64,000 nt of DNA, taken from NCBI RefSeq assembly GCF_009914755.1, contig NC_060929.1, one strand, 5' to 3'. Within the stretch, counting starts at the first letter, position 1. Each line of letters starts with the position of its first letter. Both the position numbers and the translations under genes were made by a program. The stretch is from the human T2T-CHM13v2.0 reference genome, Homo sapiens. Positions 59,601-64,000 of this stretch are shown here, one piece after another. The notes below the pieces were generated by a model, which saw only the letters and a program-made list of their open reading frames with translations, ran no database searches and was not told the origin of the DNA.

Positions 59601-62600
59601 TACATGATACTCATATTACTCTTAATCTCATAAAATAGAGGAGTAGCCAGTTTTAAAATGATGGACTTTGGTGAGTCAAAATTGTTGAGTGCATATAAAC
59701 ATTTAATAGAGTCAAACAACATTATCTTTAGCCAATTTAAATATTTGTGCCCATTTTATATTTGACATGTTGAAAACATATACACAGAATTAGCTGTATT
59801 AACAATACTCTTTATTTACTCTAAACTTCCCAGTTCTCAATTTATTTGTGTTTATTCTCCAATATTGATTAAACACCTACAGGAATGCAGCTAACTCCAC
59901 TGTATTCTAAGCCTCTGAATTTTCTTCCATGATTTCACACTGCATATGATGGCTTCTCATCCCTACATGCAAAATTGAAGGTACTTTCATGTTAATTTAA
60001 AAGTTATATAAAATATTTATTTTAGAATTCATAGGGAATAAATGTTTATTTCATGTGTGAGCACCTCAAGATTACAGAATTCCCTAGCAAAAAATCTCTC
60101 TTGGATTGGCCATTATTCTCTGCAGTTAAATGATACTTCAACAATGTATGCAACTAGGAGATCCCACTTGCATTTATTAACAGGCATTTATTGAGAGTTT
60201 GTTTTGCAAACACTACTCTAGAAGCTCAGACTTTTTTTCTAGCTATTTAGTTATTTATGTTATTTAACAATGACATAATCTATCCAATTTTTTAATTCTA
60301 CATTTTTTAATTCTACAACGTATTGTATGTATCTGTGCTAGGTATAGAACTCATCATCCAAAACTGGAGTAAATACGGTGTAAAACATGGTGTTCTGTAA
60401 TAATTGGAGGTTGTCACTTACATCCTTTCACACACCCAACAGATTAAATAAGAAGAAAACAATTCTAGGTGTATTATAGACCAAATTTTCCCCACCTTTG
60501 TTAATATTCAGACAAATTCCAAATACATAATTATCATCCTTTTTCTTTTTTGGCCAATCCCACTGTGTTGCTTCCTGTGCTAACTGACATCTCTCAGCCA
60601 AAACATTATTACCTACGGAAACACCTTTGTCAATCCACTGTGAAATAGGAACCAATGTCTTCTCTTTTCTGCCCCTAAAGGAAGCTTATTGATCCCGTTT
60701 GCTCCCATCTTGTTTCTCAGCTTGAGGAGCAAATAGAACAAAAAAAATCTGTTAGCTGTCTTTTCTTAGACTTTCTGATTACTTTCTCAAAATTTCTGTG
60801 GAAAGTTGGCACATGCGACCTGCCAGTCTCTTTGACTTTCCTGTCATGAAGGTTGTGGGCTCCACATAGACCTGAAACCATTCATTTTGCTTTGAGGTAA
60901 AAAGTAGTATCAACTTCACTTTTAGATGAGAAACTAAGGTTAAAGTGGTTGAGAAACATGTCCAAGGGCATATAGGTTATAAATGAAAAGCACCATCTAG
61001 TTTGGAATCATTCCAGGACAGGAGTTTTAACTGACACTATTATACATATGAGTTCATTCAGAAATGTGATAAATGTCTATAAATTCATCCTGCACACAAA
61101 CCTTCCTATAGAACAAAGAGTGTTCTATCATTTATCCCTAGCTTTTCATCTCAGATTCCTAAGACTCAGGTATGTTATTCAAGGCCATTCAGCCATGACC
61201 TTTCCCAAATTTTGAGCAGTTATTAAACAAAAGGTTTTAAACATCTAAAACATAAATATAATATCTATACCTCAGATCTCTTGATAGACAGGATTTCAAA
61301 ATGATACTAGAAAGTATTAAATAACTAATTGATAAGACTTTTGAAATATTAACCATAGGATTAAAATGGACTTTCATGTGGTATACCATAATGTAGTAAA
61401 CAAAATATAAGAAATAAAGTTGAAATATCACATTAAACATTTGCATGTTCAGTATGATGAATAGGCACACAAAATACACACATACACACACACACACACC
61501 ACATTTTATGCTTTTAACAATACCAATTGTTGAAATTCTCAACTTGATAGAAATACAAACAACACACATCATGAAAATAATGAAATGACTAAACAGAAGA
61601 GGAAATTTTTCACAAACCCAGGTTCGTTAACATTACTGGCAAGGGTGGGAAGAACAGTGTCATAATTTCTAGAGAAATTCACAGAATGAAAATATAATCA
61701 AACTCCTTCTAGCAAACAAAGATCTGCATACCAAGAAATATGTTAGACTGTGTCATTCCGATACTTCTGTGAAAAGAAAAATGGAATCATCGGTCAAATT
61801 TGCTATAACTGCACAAATTCTAGAGAATAGCTTAGATTTGGGAGGGGAGAAAAAGGGGAAGCGTGCCAAGGAAAAATATATTGTTTAATTTAAATAAAAA
61901 TGTTAAATATATACCTCATATTTATCCAAATTTGGCTTAAACTTTAAGAAATAAAAGATATTTAGCTTCATTTCTATTCTTAGCTATTTGATCATCAGTA
62001 ACCATGTGGGCAATGGAGTTCACATCAATCAAGTTACTTAACTTGTCCAAGCTTATAACTCTTTTTTTACTTCTTCCTTTATTGAAGTATAAGTGACAAA
62101 TAAAAATATTTCAGAGATTCAAATTTTTCTATAAATCAGGCTAACACTGATGGGAACTGTACTGGGAAAATTAAATGAAACAAAATATTTGGAATGCCTC
62201 TCAAAATTCCTTGCCCTGGGTGGATAAAACATATTAGATTATGCTAATTCCTTTTACATGCTCTTTCCTTTTACAATCTATTATGATAATAAATCTTTTG
62301 AAATGCATGCAGGTAAGTTAAAGGCATGTCAAATAAGATCTCTGAGCAACAGCGTAAGGAAGCCCAAACTTTATTTATAACACATTTAGTAAGCCATTGT
62401 GGCTGAAATTTACTTTTGATCCCCTAGGAATTGAGACTTGAATGACTGATGGGGCCAGATTGCAAATATTTTAAATATTAGATGAAACAAATTTGACTCC
62501 ATAGGCAGTGTGGAAACTTTAAAACTCATAGACATGGTCAATTGTACTTAAAAAGAGGAATATGACTCAACTGTTCAGGAGAATAAGGCCTCCCAGTTAC

Positions 62601-62683
62601 AATTTCATAATAACATAATTCACATAGAAGATAAGAAAAATATTTTATTGTTGCTCTAAGAAGAATACTTAAATTTTTAAAAT

Positions 62684-62997
62684 ATTTATTTCTTTATTTC
62701 TTTATTTATTTTGAGATGGAGTCTCACACTGTCGCCCTGGCTGGAGTGCAGTGGCGGGATATCGGCTCCCTCCTATCTCCGCCTCCTGGGTTCAACTGAT
62801 TCTCCTGCCTCAGCCTCCTAAGTAGCTGGGATTACAGGCGCCCCCCACCACCCCAGCCATTTTTTTTTTGTATTTTTAGTAGAGACGGGGTTTCACTATG
62901 TTTGTCATGCTCGTCTTAAACTCCTGTCTTCAGGTGATCCACCCGCCTCTGCCTCCCAAGTAGCTGGGATTACAGGCATGAGCCACCGCACCTGGCC
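62684..62997 (-). mobile_element. AluS-type
   Basis: Full dimer with (TTTA)n tail; gaatac on both flanks. Confidence 0.93.
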
Positions 62998-63004
62998 GAA
63001 TACC

Positions 63005-63225
63005 TTTTATTGAACATTTGTTATGTGCCAGGGAGCATTCTCTGTGCTTTGCATGTAATATATGTGATTCTCACAATAAGCCAATGAGACAGTCACTATT
63101 GCTGTTTTCCAATGATAAGGAAACTGAGTTGCAAGAAATTTGTCCAAGAGTACATAGTTTTAAGTAATAGAGGCAGATTTTAAGCTCATGCTCTTAAATA
63201 TTATGTACCACTTAATCCCTAAGAA
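63005..63225 (-). mobile_element. MIR relic
   Basis: ttattgaacatttgttatgtgccagg...ttctcacaataa...gataaggaaactgag...ttgtccaag. Confidence 0.65.
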
Positions 63226-64000
63226 TGGAAAGGAAGCAAAAAATAAATACAAAGAACTTGGTCAAAAGTTCAGTTGCATATGTGCAAGTGATATGGCTGT
63301 GACTTCTATCACCTTGTTGAACCTCATGTTTGGTCTGAAAGTCTGATTGGCTAAAGTGAAGGTTTCATCTTTTCTCAGTCTTCTGTAAATCCTCCTCCCC
63401 AAAGGTAGGGTCTTGGGTGGATAATCCCAGCATGCAGAAAGTCACTCCCAGGTAGGAATATACAGAAGGTTGTGCTCCTCTGAAAAGCCACCAAAGAAAA
63501 CAGACATAGGAAAGAATGTGAAGGAAAATAAAAGGTTGATTCTGAGATTTCCTATGATGGAAGTGTGGGAAAAAGTTAGGTAATTAATAGTAGATGCACA
63601 CACACTAAAGGAGGGAGGGAAGAAGGAAGCAAGGAAGAAAGAAGAAAAATGACCCACTTCTGAGATGCCATTTAAAAGTACAGTACTAAAATTCAGAACA
63701 CATGAATTCAAATCAAGACTCTTTACAATAAAACCAGTGGCCCATATTCTCTTCCCTAAAATAAAAAGTTGTTCTAGGTGAAAATGAGAAGTAAAATCCA
63801 CTCATGGAGTTTAATTTTAAAATAAATATATTGAAATGTGTAAATTTTTATCTTCTTTCTCTTCAAAAGATTTATATCATATAAGAAATGTACCCAGTAT
63901 GAACAACTACACATAAACAAATGTTATTGCTGAAATAAAAAAATCTTCTTTAGCATTGGAACTCAAGTCTTGAAATAAATAATAAGAGGATACTGAAAGC

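Larger units (their letters stand above)
56693..64000 (-). other. ST8SIA4: 3' part of ST8SIA4 intron 3
   Basis: Lies upstream (in transcription) of the exon 4 acceptor; no further sialyltransferase-like ORF in the window. Confidence 0.85.

Noticed and set aside
61237-63801. 111-aa and 119-aa hydrophobic minus-strand ORFs
   Set aside because: Low-complexity T-rich and (TG)n sequence explains both the composition and the lack of stops.

Overview
AT-rich primate (human-type) genomic DNA containing the 3' half of ST8SIA4 (polysialyltransferase ST8Sia IV/PST) on the minus strand. It holds the end of intron 3, a 294-nt coding exon (56399-56692), a 43.9-kb last intron and the terminal exon (283 nt of CDS at 12181-12463 plus a ~4.9-kb 3'UTR ending just past AATAAA at 7282-7287), followed by ~7 kb of downstream flank. 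The last intron contains the MADE1-derived hairpin recognisable as MIR548P. The rest is typical interspersed repeat: 13 Alu/FLAM copies, THE1, MST, MER41A, MER51 and LTR16/ERVL LTR elements, MER63 and MADE1 DNA transposons, MIR/L2/L1 relics and microsatellites. The other listed ORFs are Alu-derived or chance. I see no novel multi-gene system. The most unusual signals are: a ~175-bp, ~98%-identical local templated insertion with an A-filler that splits an ancient MER63 element; a miR-9 8mer site embedded in a perfect 20-bp palindrome in the 3'UTR; a symmetric, stop-free exon bracketed by inverted Alus (circRNA or rolling-circle ORF candidate); and several hairpins and motif clusters. Repeat subfamily names, miRNA sequences and protein numbering are from recall, not from a database search.
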